Part shown: positions 36,409-46,036 of the stretch, piece by piece
How positions within the stretch are numbered: the stretch's first letter is position 1
How the letters are laid out: the number at the start of each line of letters is the position of its first letter
NCBI GenBank assembly: GCA_003246755.1
Contig: QKDC01000174.1
Coordinates: forward strand, 1-61,092
Origin: Gemmatimonadota bacterium
Lineage (GTDB): Bacteria > Gemmatimonadota > Gemmatimonadetes > Gemmatimonadales > GWC2-71-9
Direction of reading: 5' to 3'
Length of the DNA stretch: 61,092 nucleotides
The notes under the pieces: generated by a model
What the model was told of the DNA's origin: nothing
The model's database searches: none
The model's input: the letters and a program-made list of their open reading frames with translations, nothing else
Position numbers and translations under genes: made by a program

Positions 36409-39400
36409 GTGAGTCAGACCAATCCTCCCTCTCGACTCTGGGCGATGATCGCCGCGTCAGCACTGCTCTCCGTCATTCCGCTCGACGCACAGACCGTTCC
36501 TCAGTCTCACTTCGCCGAGATGCAATGGCGGATGATCGGACCCCACCGGGGCGGCCGGACCAAGGCCTCGGTCGGCGTTCCGAGCCAACCGGGCCTGTTC
36601 TACATCGGCGTGGTGAATGGGGGTGTCTGGAAGACGACCGATTACGGCATCACTTGGCACCCGATCTTCGACGACCAGCCCACCGGTTCCATTGGGGCAA
36701 TCGCCGTCGCCCCGACCAACCCCGACATCATCTATGTCGGCAGCGGCGAAGGGCTCCCGCAACGCCCTGACCTCTCCACCGGCGACGGGATGTACAAATC
36801 AACGGACGGGGGCGACACCTGGACGCATCTCGGTCTCCGTGACTCCTACCAGATTGCACAGGTGGTGGTCGACCCCCGCGACGCGAACCGTCTCTTCGTC
36901 GCGGCGCTCGGTCATCCGCAGGGGCCGAACACGGAGCGAGGGCTCTACCTCTCGACCGACGGGGGGATGACGTACCAGAAGGTGCTCTACAAGGACGAGA
37001 ATACCGGAGCCGCCGACGTGGTCCTCGACCCGGTCAACCCCGACATCGTCTACGCGGTACTCTGGCAGACGCGCCAAGGGCCGTGGGAGAATGGCGAATT
37101 CCAGGGACCGAACAGCGGGATGTACAAGTCGCTGGACGGTGGGAGGACCTGGCGTCAGCTGACGGCGGGCCTGCCGACTTTCGCCGACGGGCTGGGACGC
37201 ATCGGACTCACCGTGGCGCCGAGTGACCCGGATCGGCTTTACGCAACGGTGGCCGTTGGCGGACAAGGATGGCTGTACCGATCCGACGACGCCGGTGACT
37301 CATGGCGCAGGATCACCGATGACGGACGGGCAGCCCAGAGACCGAGCGATTTCGCCGAGGTCAAGGTCGATCCTACCAACCCGGACATCGTTTACACCGG
37401 GAGTATCCTGGTCTGGAAATCGGTGGATGGGGGACAGACCTGGACCGCATTCCGCGGCGCGGCGGGCGGAGACGACTACCATCGGATCTGGATCCACCCC
37501 ACCGACCCGCGGGTCATGCTGGTTGGGGGGGACCAAGGTGCCATCATCACCGTCAACGGTGGCGAGAGCTGGAGTTCCTGGTACAACCAGCCGACGGCGC
37601 AGTTCTATCACGTCAGCACGGACAACGCCTACCCCTATCGTGTCTGCGGAGGACAGCAGGAGAGTGGTTCGGTCTGCATTTCGAGCCGTGGTGATGACGG
37701 GCAGATCACCTTCCGCGAGTGGCATCCGGTGGGTGTGGAAGAGTACGGCTACGTGGCGCCGGATCCCCTCGACCCGGATATCGTCTATGGGGGGAAGGTG
37801 TCCCGCTACGATCGACGTACTGGTCAGGTGCAGAATGTGGCGCCGAGGCTCTTCCGCTCCGAAGACTACCGGGTGGTGCGGACCATGCCCGTGGTGTTCT
37901 CCCCTTTCGATCCCCATCTGCTCTACTTCGCATCGAACGTCGTCTGGCGCACCGGCAATGGTGGCCAGACCTGGACCCAGATTAGTGCAGATCTCACACG
38001 AACCGACTCGGTTGTCCCACCGAACGTCGGGATCTACGCCACCCGCCCTGATGTCAGGCGCCATCATCCAGGAGTGGTCTACACACTGGCGCCATCTCCT
38101 CTGACTGATCGTTGGCTCTGGGCCGGTACGGATGACGGCCTGATCCATGTCACCAGGAACGGCGGTGCGAGCTGGACCGATGTGACCCCGCCCTCTTTGG
38201 TCCCCTGGGCCAAAGTATCGATGATCGATGCGTCCCACTTCGATACGCTCACGGCCTACGCAGCCATCAACACCTTCCGACTCGACGATCTCCGGGCCCA
38301 TATCTATCGAACGCGCGATGGCGGGAAGACCTGGACCCATATCGCGAGAGGCATTCCCGATGAAGGCGTGGTGAACACCGTCCGGGAAGACCCCGTGCGC
38401 CGCGGCCTCCTGTTCGCGGGTACCGAGCGTGAGGTCTACTTCTCCATCGACGATGGAGAGCACTGGCAGACCCTGCGGCAGAACATGCCCGCGACGTCGA
38501 TTCGCGATCTCGTGATCAAGGATGATGACGTGGTCGTGGGGACTCATGGACGTTCGTTCTGGATCCTCGATGACATCACCCCACTCCGGCAACTGACGTC
38601 GGAAACCGCAACCACCGAAGCGACGCTGTTCGAGCCCCAACGGGCCACCCGAGTCCGTTGGAACATGAACACCGACACTCCCCTTCCCCCCGACGAGCCC
38701 GCGGGAGAGAACCCTCCGGATGGGGCCATCATCAACTACTGGCTTGGCGCCGATGTCACAGGGCCAATCACCCTCGACATCCTCGATGCCAACGGCGACC
38801 TGGTTCGTCGGTACAGGAGCAGCGATGAGGTGGAGCACCCGATCCCGAATCAGAATATCTCGCCGTTTTGGCTCCGGCCGCCCCAGCAGCTCTCCACCGA
38901 GCCAGGGATGCACCGGTTTCTCTGGGATCTGCGCTATCCAATCCCGGATGGGTTACGACGTGGCTACCCACTGGCCCAGATCGTCCGCAACACCGTCGCG
39001 GAGCCCAGGGGACCCTGGGTTCTTCCCGGCCGATATACCGTGCGGTTGACGGTGAACGGGAAGAGCTACCAACAACCACTCGACGTGCGAATGGATCCCC
39101 GGGTCAAGACCTCACCGGCTGACTTGAAGCAGATCCTGGTCATGGAGCGACAGCTTGCGGAATGGCTCGAACGGGGCGCCGCTGCGTTGAGAGACATTGC
39201 CACGCTGCGAGAACAACTCTCGATGAGCAAGGAGAACGCACCGCGGGCTCGGCAGGCCGAGTTCGATGAACTGGACAAGGCGGCGGCTGAACTGGCAGGT
39301 GGTGGCGGCGGCGCATTCGGAGCGGGTTCGAGACCCGGCACGTTCACGGGAATCTCAGGCCAACTCAACACCATTTACCGGGAACTCATCGAGGTCGATC

Positions 39401-39513
39401 GGCCGCCGACGGCCGCCGTGTTGCAGGCGTATGCCGAGGCGCGCACCTCGGCGCTCGAACTGTTCGGTCGCTGGGATACGCTCGTCGCGGAGGCGGGCCG
39501 ACTCCTCCCCTGA
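36409..39513 (+). CDS. Secreted VPS10/BNR (Asp-box) repeat glycosyl hydrolase-like protein
   Basis: SD GGAAGG before GTG 36409. WRMIGPHRGGR and many (S/T)xDxGxTW Asp-boxes. Confidence 0.88.
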   Translation: MSQTNPPSRLWAMIAASALLSVIPLDAQTVPQSHFAEMQWRMIGPHRGGRTKASVGVPSQPGLFYIGVVNGGVWKTTDYGITWHPIFDDQPTGSIGAIAVAPTNPDIIYVGSGEGLPQRPDLSTGDGMYKSTDGGDTWTHLGLRDSYQIAQVVVDPRDANRLFVAALGHPQGPNTERGLYLSTDGGMTYQKVLYKDENTGAADVVLDPVNPDIVYAVLWQTRQGPWENGEFQGPNSGMYKSLDGGRTWRQLTAGLPTFADGLGRIGLTVAPSDPDRLYATVAVGGQGWLYRSDDAGDSWRRITDDGRAAQRPSDFAEVKVDPTNPDIVYTGSILVWKSVDGGQTWTAFRGAAGGDDYHRIWIHPTDPRVMLVGGDQGAIITVNGGESWSSWYNQPTAQFYHVSTDNAYPYRVCGGQQESGSVCISSRGDDGQITFREWHPVGVEEYGYVAPDPLDPDIVYGGKVSRYDRRTGQVQNVAPRLFRSEDYRVVRTMPVVFSPFDPHLLYFASNVVWRTGNGGQTWTQISADLTRTDSVVPPNVGIYATRPDVRRHHPGVVYTLAPSPLTDRWLWAGTDDGLIHVTRNGGASWTDVTPPSLVPWAKVSMIDASHFDTLTAYAAINTFRLDDLRAHIYRTRDGGKTWTHIARGIPDEGVVNTVREDPVRRGLLFAGTEREVYFSIDDGEHWQTLRQNMPATSIRDLVIKDDDVVVGTHGRSFWILDDITPLRQLTSETATTEATLFEPQRATRVRWNMNTDTPLPPDEPAGENPPDGAIINYWLGADVTGPITLDILDANGDLVRRYRSSDEVEHPIPNQNISPFWLRPPQQLSTEPGMHRFLWDLRYPIPDGLRRGYPLAQIVRNTVAEPRGPWVLPGRYTVRLTVNGKSYQQPLDVRMDPRVKTSPADLKQILVMERQLAEWLERGAAALRDIATLREQLSMSKENAPRARQAEFDELDKAAAELAGGGGGAFGAGSRPGTFTGISGQLNTIYRELIEVDRPPTAAVLQAYAEARTSALELFGRWDTLVAEAGRLLP

Positions 39514-39614
39514 CGGCGCGGGACGCGCTTCTGCGCAAGGCGGTATACCGCAGGGTACGGTCGGCCGGACCATCCGGCCGGGGCTCGGCGGCACACTCTC
39601 GGGAGCCATCATCC

Positions 39615-40793
39615 ATGAGGACTCTGCCTTCCGTTCGCCCGCTTGCGGTAACCGTCGTGCTGGCCGCGAGCACGCCCCTCGTCTCGCTGTTGTCCCAAGC
39701 TGCCCCCAAAGCGACCCCGGAACAGCAACTGGTCGAAGTGGTTCAGGGATTCCTCGCCAAGGACTTCGTGACCGACTGGCAGGGCCTCGAGAAGCTCCCC
39801 AACATCACCTGGGCGGCACTCCCCCCGACCGCGCTCCAAAACTGCCTGCCCGACGGCGGATGTTACGCTCGCCAGGGACGACTCACAGTGGCCGGCCGCA
39901 ACCTGGCGGTGATCGCCTCGGGCGCGAGGAGTATCGTCCAGTATGTGTACCTGAGAAACGGCTCAGCCCCATTCGGTGAGGCCAAGCTCGTCCAGGCGAT
40001 GATGAAGGCAGATCTGGCTCCCGAACTCGCACGGTGCCCGATTCCAGGGATGGCGGGGGGGACCAATTGGTATCGACTCCGCAATGGACTGACGAATTCG
40101 GGAGTCCTCTCGATCCAGACGTCGTGTAATGGGCGGCCGTGCGAGGGCTTCGTACTTTCTCTCGGCGAACAACTCCCGGCGCTTCAACCCGCCCAGTTGA
40201 GTCTCTACAGTGAGCCGTGCACGGCGGGTACCGAACGCATCGCGGTCTCCACTCTCAAACCACATGAACGACTCGCGGAGGTCGTGACCACTGTACTCAC
40301 CCCGGCGACAGGGCCAGCCCTTTATGACTGGAACACGCTGGCCGGACTTGCGACAGACATCGTCTGGAACGACGGTCCACCCAAGCCGATGAACCTGTCC
40401 TACCTGGCGGACAAGGACACCAATCCCGTCGCACTGACTGGCTCAGTCACCTATGCACAGCGGAGGTTTTCCGTGATAGCCAGTGGGACGCCCTCACAGG
40501 TGAAGAACCTCTACTTCGATGAGCAGGGAATGCATCCACGTGGAGAGCACATGCTCGGCGTGGTGTACGAGAAGGGAATCACGGTGAGGTTGGTCCGCTG
40601 TGGCCCGATCTACACCTCATCCACCAACAATTGGTACAGCCTCGAGAGCACGCGGACGCGTCCTGCGATGATCAGGCAGTCCATCCGTTATGAGGGCTCC
40701 CAGGTGCAGGATAGCTACGCCATACGCCTGGACGGCACACTCCCCACCCGGGACCCGCGGGATCGGAACCCGGGTGCGAACGGCTGCCAATAG
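39615..40793 (+). CDS. Secreted Cys-containing hypothetical protein with internal duplication
   Basis: SD GGGAG and signal peptide. DW..L....I.W / VIASG / RC....NWY.L occurs twice. Confidence 0.72.
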   Translation: MRTLPSVRPLAVTVVLAASTPLVSLLSQAAPKATPEQQLVEVVQGFLAKDFVTDWQGLEKLPNITWAALPPTALQNCLPDGGCYARQGRLTVAGRNLAVIASGARSIVQYVYLRNGSAPFGEAKLVQAMMKADLAPELARCPIPGMAGGTNWYRLRNGLTNSGVLSIQTSCNGRPCEGFVLSLGEQLPALQPAQLSLYSEPCTAGTERIAVSTLKPHERLAEVVTTVLTPATGPALYDWNTLAGLATDIVWNDGPPKPMNLSYLADKDTNPVALTGSVTYAQRRFSVIASGTPSQVKNLYFDEQGMHPRGEHMLGVVYEKGITVRLVRCGPIYTSSTNNWYSLESTRTRPAMIRQSIRYEGSQVQDSYAIRLDGTLPTRDPRDRNPGANGCQ

Positions 40794-40798
40794 ACGTC

Positions 40799-41416
40799 TC
40801 AGGCACCACCGCCACACGCCGCGCCGGGGCTGGCGTGGTCGATCATATCCAAGATCTCACGCACGGTCGACCGGCCACGGTCCTGGTCGTACCATTCGGT
40901 TTTCTGTCTGACGAATTCTCGGTCGGAGAGGTTGGGTCGCTCCCGTTCACCCCACCGGGCCAGCTCCGTCGGTCGTTCGACCCAGCATCCGACTTCATTC
41001 CACTGGTCATCGAGGAGAATGAGAGTGGGTGTGGCGGCGCGGCCGTCGCGCGTCCTGTGGGCTTCCATGAGTCCCCTGCCCTGATCGGGGTCGAGGATCC
41101 TGAACTCGATCTTACCGGCAATGGAATCGACGAAGGACGCGAAGTAGGGAATGGTATTCACCGAGTCGCTGCACCCGTCAACCGTCACGACCAGAACTCG
41201 CCACGTATGCTTCAGGGCCCGGCCGCGGCGCAGCGCCTCCTCATCCACCTTCCCGTAGCCGTAGTTCTGCCGCCAAGTCGACGCGCGTCGCACAACGGCC
41301 CCATAGAACTGATTCCAGGTACTCCCCTGTTCGTAGAACTCGCGAAGAGAATCCGCCGGGGCGGCCGTCGGTGCGACACACACGGCACCGATGGAGAGGA
41401 GGGCAGTGACAATCAT
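40799..41416 (-). CDS. Exported thioredoxin-family protein (CxxS)
   Basis: VLVVTVDGCSDS, cis-Pro loop ATPTLILLD, GCWVERP. Confidence 0.82.
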   Translation of the reverse strand: MIVTALLSIGAVCVAPTAAPADSLREFYEQGSTWNQFYGAVVRRASTWRQNYGYGKVDEEALRRGRALKHTWRVLVVTVDGCSDSVNTIPYFASFVDSIAGKIEFRILDPDQGRGLMEAHRTRDGRAATPTLILLDDQWNEVGCWVERPTELARWGERERPNLSDREFVRQKTEWYDQDRGRSTVREILDMIDHASPGAACGGGA

Positions 41417-41459
41417 CGAGACCAGACTCCGGCGGAGGGTTCTTGGAAGATAGTGGTGC

Positions 41460-42362
41460 TCACGCTCGCCTCTCGAAGACCATGCGGAAGTGGTCGAGAA
41501 CGTGACGCTCGAAGCACATTGAATTCGGACTGATACCTGACGTAAAGGCCAAGCGAAAGTCGCGACTCGTCAAGTACCGCGGCACCAAAGCGATCTTCAT
41601 CAAGAACTTCTGGAAGCTTGGCTCGGCGAAGCGTTTCCGCCATTGCCGGATCGTCTCGATGTAATCCAGCCTGCCGCTGCTCTTGGTGATGAGTCTGAAG
41701 AATGGCTCGGCATTCCGTTCGACCTGTTCGGCACCGTAGGGCAACCAAGAACCGGGGAACATCTTCTCCATCAGCGCCACGATGTATCCGTTGGATCCGT
41801 ACTCCGCCTTCAGGGAAATCTCCCCGGGTTCCACCATGTTCGGTCCGTACACCATGGTTTGGAGAAAGAACCTCCCGCCAGGCGGGATCACATCGTGAAC
41901 CACGCGAAACACGTCCTGGTAGATCGCATCCTGGCGCCCCGCCTCGAACTGCTCGCGGGAGCAGAAGTGCTCGAATGCGCCCAGACTGGTCACCGCGTCG
42001 AACCGGCCAAAGGTGTCGGGCGTGATCGAGCGACAGTCCATGACCCGGGCGTCCAGACCATTGCGAACGCATGCCTCCGCCTGGCGTCTCGCCAATGTCA
42101 CCCCCACCGCCTCGACACCCCTGTCCTTCAGGTATCGGAGCACTGGCCCCCACCCGCAACCCATGTCGAGCACGCGATCTCCCGGCCTGAGATTCAGCTG
42201 CTCGAAGAGGAAGTCGTGTTTCCGCCGTTGGGCCTCCTCGAGCGTCAACGAGAAGTCCCCATCGTACATCGCCCCGCTGAAGTCTCCAGATTCACCCATG
42301 CTCAGGCGGAAGATCTTGTCCGTCAGCCCGTAGGCGAAGTCCATCTCCTGCTGGGTCGCCAT
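41460..42362 (-). CDS. SAM-dependent methyltransferase of the cyclopropane fatty acid/mycolic acid synthase family
   Basis: SD GGAGG, TLEEAQRRK, VLDMGCGWG, SLGAFEH, FPGSWLP, DYIETI. Confidence 0.88.
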   Translation of the reverse strand: MATQQEMDFAYGLTDKIFRLSMGESGDFSGAMYDGDFSLTLEEAQRRKHDFLFEQLNLRPGDRVLDMGCGWGPVLRYLKDRGVEAVGVTLARRQAEACVRNGLDARVMDCRSITPDTFGRFDAVTSLGAFEHFCSREQFEAGRQDAIYQDVFRVVHDVIPPGGRFFLQTMVYGPNMVEPGEISLKAEYGSNGYIVALMEKMFPGSWLPYGAEQVERNAEPFFRLITKSSGRLDYIETIRQWRKRFAEPSFQKFLMKIALVPRYLTSRDFRLAFTSGISPNSMCFERHVLDHFRMVFERRA

Positions 42363-42479
42363 CTCATCCTCCCCCGGCCGTGGCTATCTTTCTTATCCAA
42401 CATACCGAAGCCGCCGATATCGGCCACTTCCTGCGTGGGTGTCCGCTGGCACGGACCACCCCGCGACGGGGATCTTGAT

Positions 42480-43910
42480 ATGAGCCACGCCATGGCACTC
42501 CCTCCCATCATTCAAGGCGGAATGGGTGTCGGAGTATCGAGCTGGCAACTCGCGAAAGCCGTCGCTCAACTTGGTCAGCTGGGTGTCGTTTCAGGTACCG
42601 GGGCCGACACCACCCTGGTCCGGCGACTCCAGGATGGAGACCCTGGGGGCCATATCCGTCGGGTGATGGAAAAGTTTCCCATGCCCCAAGTGCCCGAGGC
42701 GGTGCTCCGGAAGTACTTCCTTGCCGAAGGACGGTCCCCGGGAAAGCCGTACAAGTTGCTGCCGATGTACCGTCAGGTGGTCGGTCGCGCCCGACAGCAG
42801 TTGACGATGCTCGCGGCATTCGTCGAAGTCAGCTTAGCGAAAGAGGGTCATGACGGGTTGGTCGGGATGAACCTCCTCACCAAGATCCAGCTGCCCAATC
42901 TTCCGTCGCTGTATGGCGCCATCCTCGCCGGCGTGGATTACATCCTCATGGGGGCCGGAATCCCCAGGGAAATTCCCGGCGCGCTGGACGCCCTGTCAGA
43001 TCACCGTGCGGCCACCCTCAAGTTTGAAGTCGAAGGCCTTCCTGCCGATCGCGTCGAGCATATGGCACTCGACCCCACCGAGTACTGGAACGGCTCACGC
43101 CCTCCGGAAGTCCGAAGGCCCGAGTTCCTCCCCATCGTCGCGAGCAACTCACTGGCCACCGTCCTGGCCCGTAAGGCGACCGGCCGAGTGAATGGTTTCA
43201 TCGTGGAAGGTCCAACGGCGGGCGGACACAACGCACCTCCCCGCGGGGCACCCCAGGTCAATCAGCGGGGCGAGCCACTCTACGGCGATCGCGATGTTGT
43301 CGATCTCGACAAGTTGGCGGAGCTTGAACTGCCCTTCTGGCTCGCGGGAGGTGCCGGGAATCCCCACCGCCTTCAAGAGGCTCTCTCCCGAGGGGCGGCG
43401 GGCATACAGGTCGGGACGCTGTTTGCCTTCTGTGATGAATCGGGTTTGGATCCCGACCTTCGACGCTCCGTCCTTGCCAGCGCGGCCCGAGGCGAGGCCG
43501 ATGTGTTCACCAGCGGTCGCGCCTCACCCACCGGATATCCCTTCAAGGTCGTGAGCTGGCCTCTAGACCCCTCGGCCGGCACCCCTCGGAAACGGGTCTG
43601 TGACCTGGGTTACCTCCGAACGGCGTACGTTCGGGACGACGGGAAGATCGACTATCGTTGCGCCTCCGAGCCCGTTGATGCATTCGTGAAGAAGGGAGGT
43701 CGCGCGGAGGACACGGATGGACGCCAGTGCCTCTGCAACAGGCTCATGGCCACCATTGGTCAAGGCCAACGCAGGGAAGGCGACACTACGGAGCCCCCGA
43801 TCGTGACGAGCGGCGATGACCTCATGTCGATTGGGGACTTCCTCGGTGGACGAGAGAGCTACTCCGCCGCGGACGTGGTGAGCTACCTCCTCGGTGAGAC
43901 GGCCCGCTGA
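42480..43910 (+). CDS. Nitronate monooxygenase/FabK-family FMN oxidoreductase (long, Cys-rich form)
   Basis: PIIQGGMGVGVS, MGAGIP, EGPTAGGHN, AGIQVGTLF, SPTGYPF, CDLGYL...CLCN. Start is 42480 or 42492. Confidence 0.88.
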   Translation: MSHAMALPPIIQGGMGVGVSSWQLAKAVAQLGQLGVVSGTGADTTLVRRLQDGDPGGHIRRVMEKFPMPQVPEAVLRKYFLAEGRSPGKPYKLLPMYRQVVGRARQQLTMLAAFVEVSLAKEGHDGLVGMNLLTKIQLPNLPSLYGAILAGVDYILMGAGIPREIPGALDALSDHRAATLKFEVEGLPADRVEHMALDPTEYWNGSRPPEVRRPEFLPIVASNSLATVLARKATGRVNGFIVEGPTAGGHNAPPRGAPQVNQRGEPLYGDRDVVDLDKLAELELPFWLAGGAGNPHRLQEALSRGAAGIQVGTLFAFCDESGLDPDLRRSVLASAARGEADVFTSGRASPTGYPFKVVSWPLDPSAGTPRKRVCDLGYLRTAYVRDDGKIDYRCASEPVDAFVKKGGRAEDTDGRQCLCNRLMATIGQGQRREGDTTEPPIVTSGDDLMSIGDFLGGRESYSAADVVSYLLGETAR

Positions 43911-43913
43911 CCC

Positions 43914-44330
43914 CTACCGGGTCACGCGTTCGACGTTTGGCCTGTCGCGCGGTCGGGTCCCGAGTGCGACCAGGCCCCCGATGACGATGTAGCCCGCGTA
44001 GAAGTAGAAGAAGTTCCGATCACCCACCACCAACGCCACAATCCCAAACCCCATGAGTGACAGTGCGACGATCCAGAGCGTCGCGTCCACGACCGGCTCC
44101 TCACGCCATCGCGCGAGCCCAGCAAACAGCGCCAGAAGACCGAAGGCAAGCAACAGAACGCTCCCCAATTGCCACCCAGCGCTGAGGACGCCTTTGAGCC
44201 CGACTTTGAGCGGCTCGGCCCCGAAAGCATCCTGTACGAACGTCCAGCCACTCACCGCATGAGCCGGAGCTCCGAGAATGAGGAGTGAGGCGGCAACGAG
44301 TAACGCGAAGGCACGTCGGCGATCAGTCAT
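43914..44330 (-). CDS. Small four-TM membrane protein
   Basis: Start moved to MTDRRRAF. Four hydrophobic segments. Confidence 0.65.
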   Translation of the reverse strand: MTDRRRAFALLVAASLLILGAPAHAVSGWTFVQDAFGAEPLKVGLKGVLSAGWQLGSVLLLAFGLLALFAGLARWREEPVVDATLWIVALSLMGFGIVALVVGDRNFFYFYAGYIVIGGLVALGTRPRDRPNVERVTR

Positions 44331-44374
44331 ATGAATGATGAGAGAAAACGAGTGAGGACGGGTGAGTGAACGGT

Positions 44375-46036
44375 TCAGCAAGAACTCAGGAATCCGCAAG
44401 GACAGAGATCCACGCATTTGCCACATGCCTTGCACAAATCCAAGCCCACGACAAAGTAGCGACCCGGCCTGGCGTGTTCCAGCTGGACGAGACCCTCGGC
44501 ATTGCAGAACATGAAACATTGCTCGCATCCGTAGCAGAGCCCGCAGGAAAAACAGCGTGACACTTCCTGGAGGAATTCCTCCTCGCTAATGGTCCCGCGG
44601 GGCTCTTCATCAGGAAACGCCAGCCACTGCTCCGGCGGTCTTTCCGGCGGAACCACCGGATCGCTCGCAGGATAGAAATCGGACTTGACCATGTCGCTGG
44701 ACACAGGATCCTGCTGGGCCACCGCTGGGACGGGTACACCGCGGAGTCGAGCGTCCACGGCCTCTGCCGCGTGGCGGCCCTGACTAATGGCAGACCCCGC
44801 CACCCCCAGGCCTGTCAGATCGCCCCCTGCCCACAGTCCCTCCCGGTACTCGCCGTCAGGAGCCGCCTTGAGCCATGTCGTTCCCGGACTCAGCTCGCCC
44901 AAGACTTCCCAATCCGGTCGCTGCGATACCGCGGAGATCAACGCATCCGTTTCCAGGGCGTAGGTGGAGCCAGGCACGGGAATCGGGGCGCGTCTCCCCG
45001 AGGAATCCGGTTCACCGAGCACCATGCGTTGGACCGAGACCGACCGGATTCTCCCATTCTCACGTTGGATCTCGATGGGTGTCGCGAGGAATACGATACG
45101 GACACCCTCCGTGAGCGCATCTTCGATCTCCCCTTCGAGCGCGGGCATCTCGTCCCGGGTACGGCGGTACAGGATGGTGACCTCCGCACCGGTCCGGCGC
45201 GCGGTTCGGGCGGCATCCACCGCAGTGTTTCCTCCACCCACCACCACGACCCGGTCCCCGAGCGCGACAGCATTTCCCTGATTGACGAGCGCCAGGTATT
45301 CCGTCCCGGTCCAAGTCCCTGCTCCTTCCTCACCCGGAATGCCGAGCGTCAGACCCTGCCCGGCCCCGATGCCGAGGAAGAGGACCTGGTGTCGATCCCG
45401 CAACTCCGCTGGAGTGATGTCACGACCGACAACGGTCTCGAGACGGAGGTCGACACCCATATCCAGAATCCGCTGCACTTCCGAAGCGATCACATCTTCC
45501 GGAAGCCGGTATTGGGGGATTCCGTATTGCAGCATCCCACCGGGTTTCTCTTCCCGCTCGTACACCGTCACGGGGTAACCGCGACGTGCCATTTGGTAGG
45601 CAAACGAGAGTCCGGCGGGCCCAGAACCGACCACCCCGATGGACTCGGTTCGACTGCCCCGTGGCTCCAGTCGTGGGAGCGGAACCTTCGTGGCCAAGGC
45701 CCAGTCTCCGAGGAAACGCTCCAGGGCGTTGATCGCCACTGGGCCGTCCTTCTCCTTGCGGTTGCAATGGGCCTCACACGGGTGGGGACAGACGCGACCC
45801 ATCGTGGCCGGGAATGGATTCGCGGCCGCGAGGATGTTCCATGCCTCGCGGTAGGCCTCTTGGTCGCTGAGTCCGAGCTTCTGGCGCTGCGCCACGACGC
45901 CGATCCAGCCACGAATGTCTGCGCCACTCACGCAGCCCCCACTGCAGGGAGGGAGTTTCTCGCGCTGTTCGGGTCTGATCCCGGAGGCCGCCAGGACCGA
46001 GTCGCTCACCGGCCTTCCTTCGGGGATCCCCGTCAT
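44375..46036 (-). CDS. Fe-S flavoprotein NAD(P)H oxidoreductase, DsrL-2-like/GltD family
   Basis: PPCSGGC, NPFPATMGRVCPHPCEAHCNR, GSGPAG, GGGNTAVD, YRR, and C-terminal CFSCGLCYGCEQCFMFC and CKACGKCVDLCPCG. Confidence 0.88.
   Translation of the reverse strand: MTGIPEGRPVSDSVLAASGIRPEQREKLPPCSGGCVSGADIRGWIGVVAQRQKLGLSDQEAYREAWNILAAANPFPATMGRVCPHPCEAHCNRKEKDGPVAINALERFLGDWALATKVPLPRLEPRGSRTESIGVVGSGPAGLSFAYQMARRGYPVTVYEREEKPGGMLQYGIPQYRLPEDVIASEVQRILDMGVDLRLETVVGRDITPAELRDRHQVLFLGIGAGQGLTLGIPGEEGAGTWTGTEYLALVNQGNAVALGDRVVVVGGGNTAVDAARTARRTGAEVTILYRRTRDEMPALEGEIEDALTEGVRIVFLATPIEIQRENGRIRSVSVQRMVLGEPDSSGRRAPIPVPGSTYALETDALISAVSQRPDWEVLGELSPGTTWLKAAPDGEYREGLWAGGDLTGLGVAGSAISQGRHAAEAVDARLRGVPVPAVAQQDPVSSDMVKSDFYPASDPVVPPERPPEQWLAFPDEEPRGTISEEEFLQEVSRCFSCGLCYGCEQCFMFCNAEGLVQLEHARPGRYFVVGLDLCKACGKCVDLCPCGFLSSC

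Noticed and set aside
36311-36463. Overlapping N-terminal extensions of the divergent kinase and VPS10 ORFs
   Set aside because: Paralogue comparison and SD position give non-overlapping starts at 36310 and 36409.
37300-38913. 537-aa minus-strand ORF
   Set aside because: Antisense to the Asp-box protein. Typical high-GC shadow.
41643-42479. Apparent 279-aa N-terminal fusion on the nitronate monooxygenase
   Set aside because: It is the antisense reading of the methyltransferase gene. Family similarity begins at LPPIIQGGMG.
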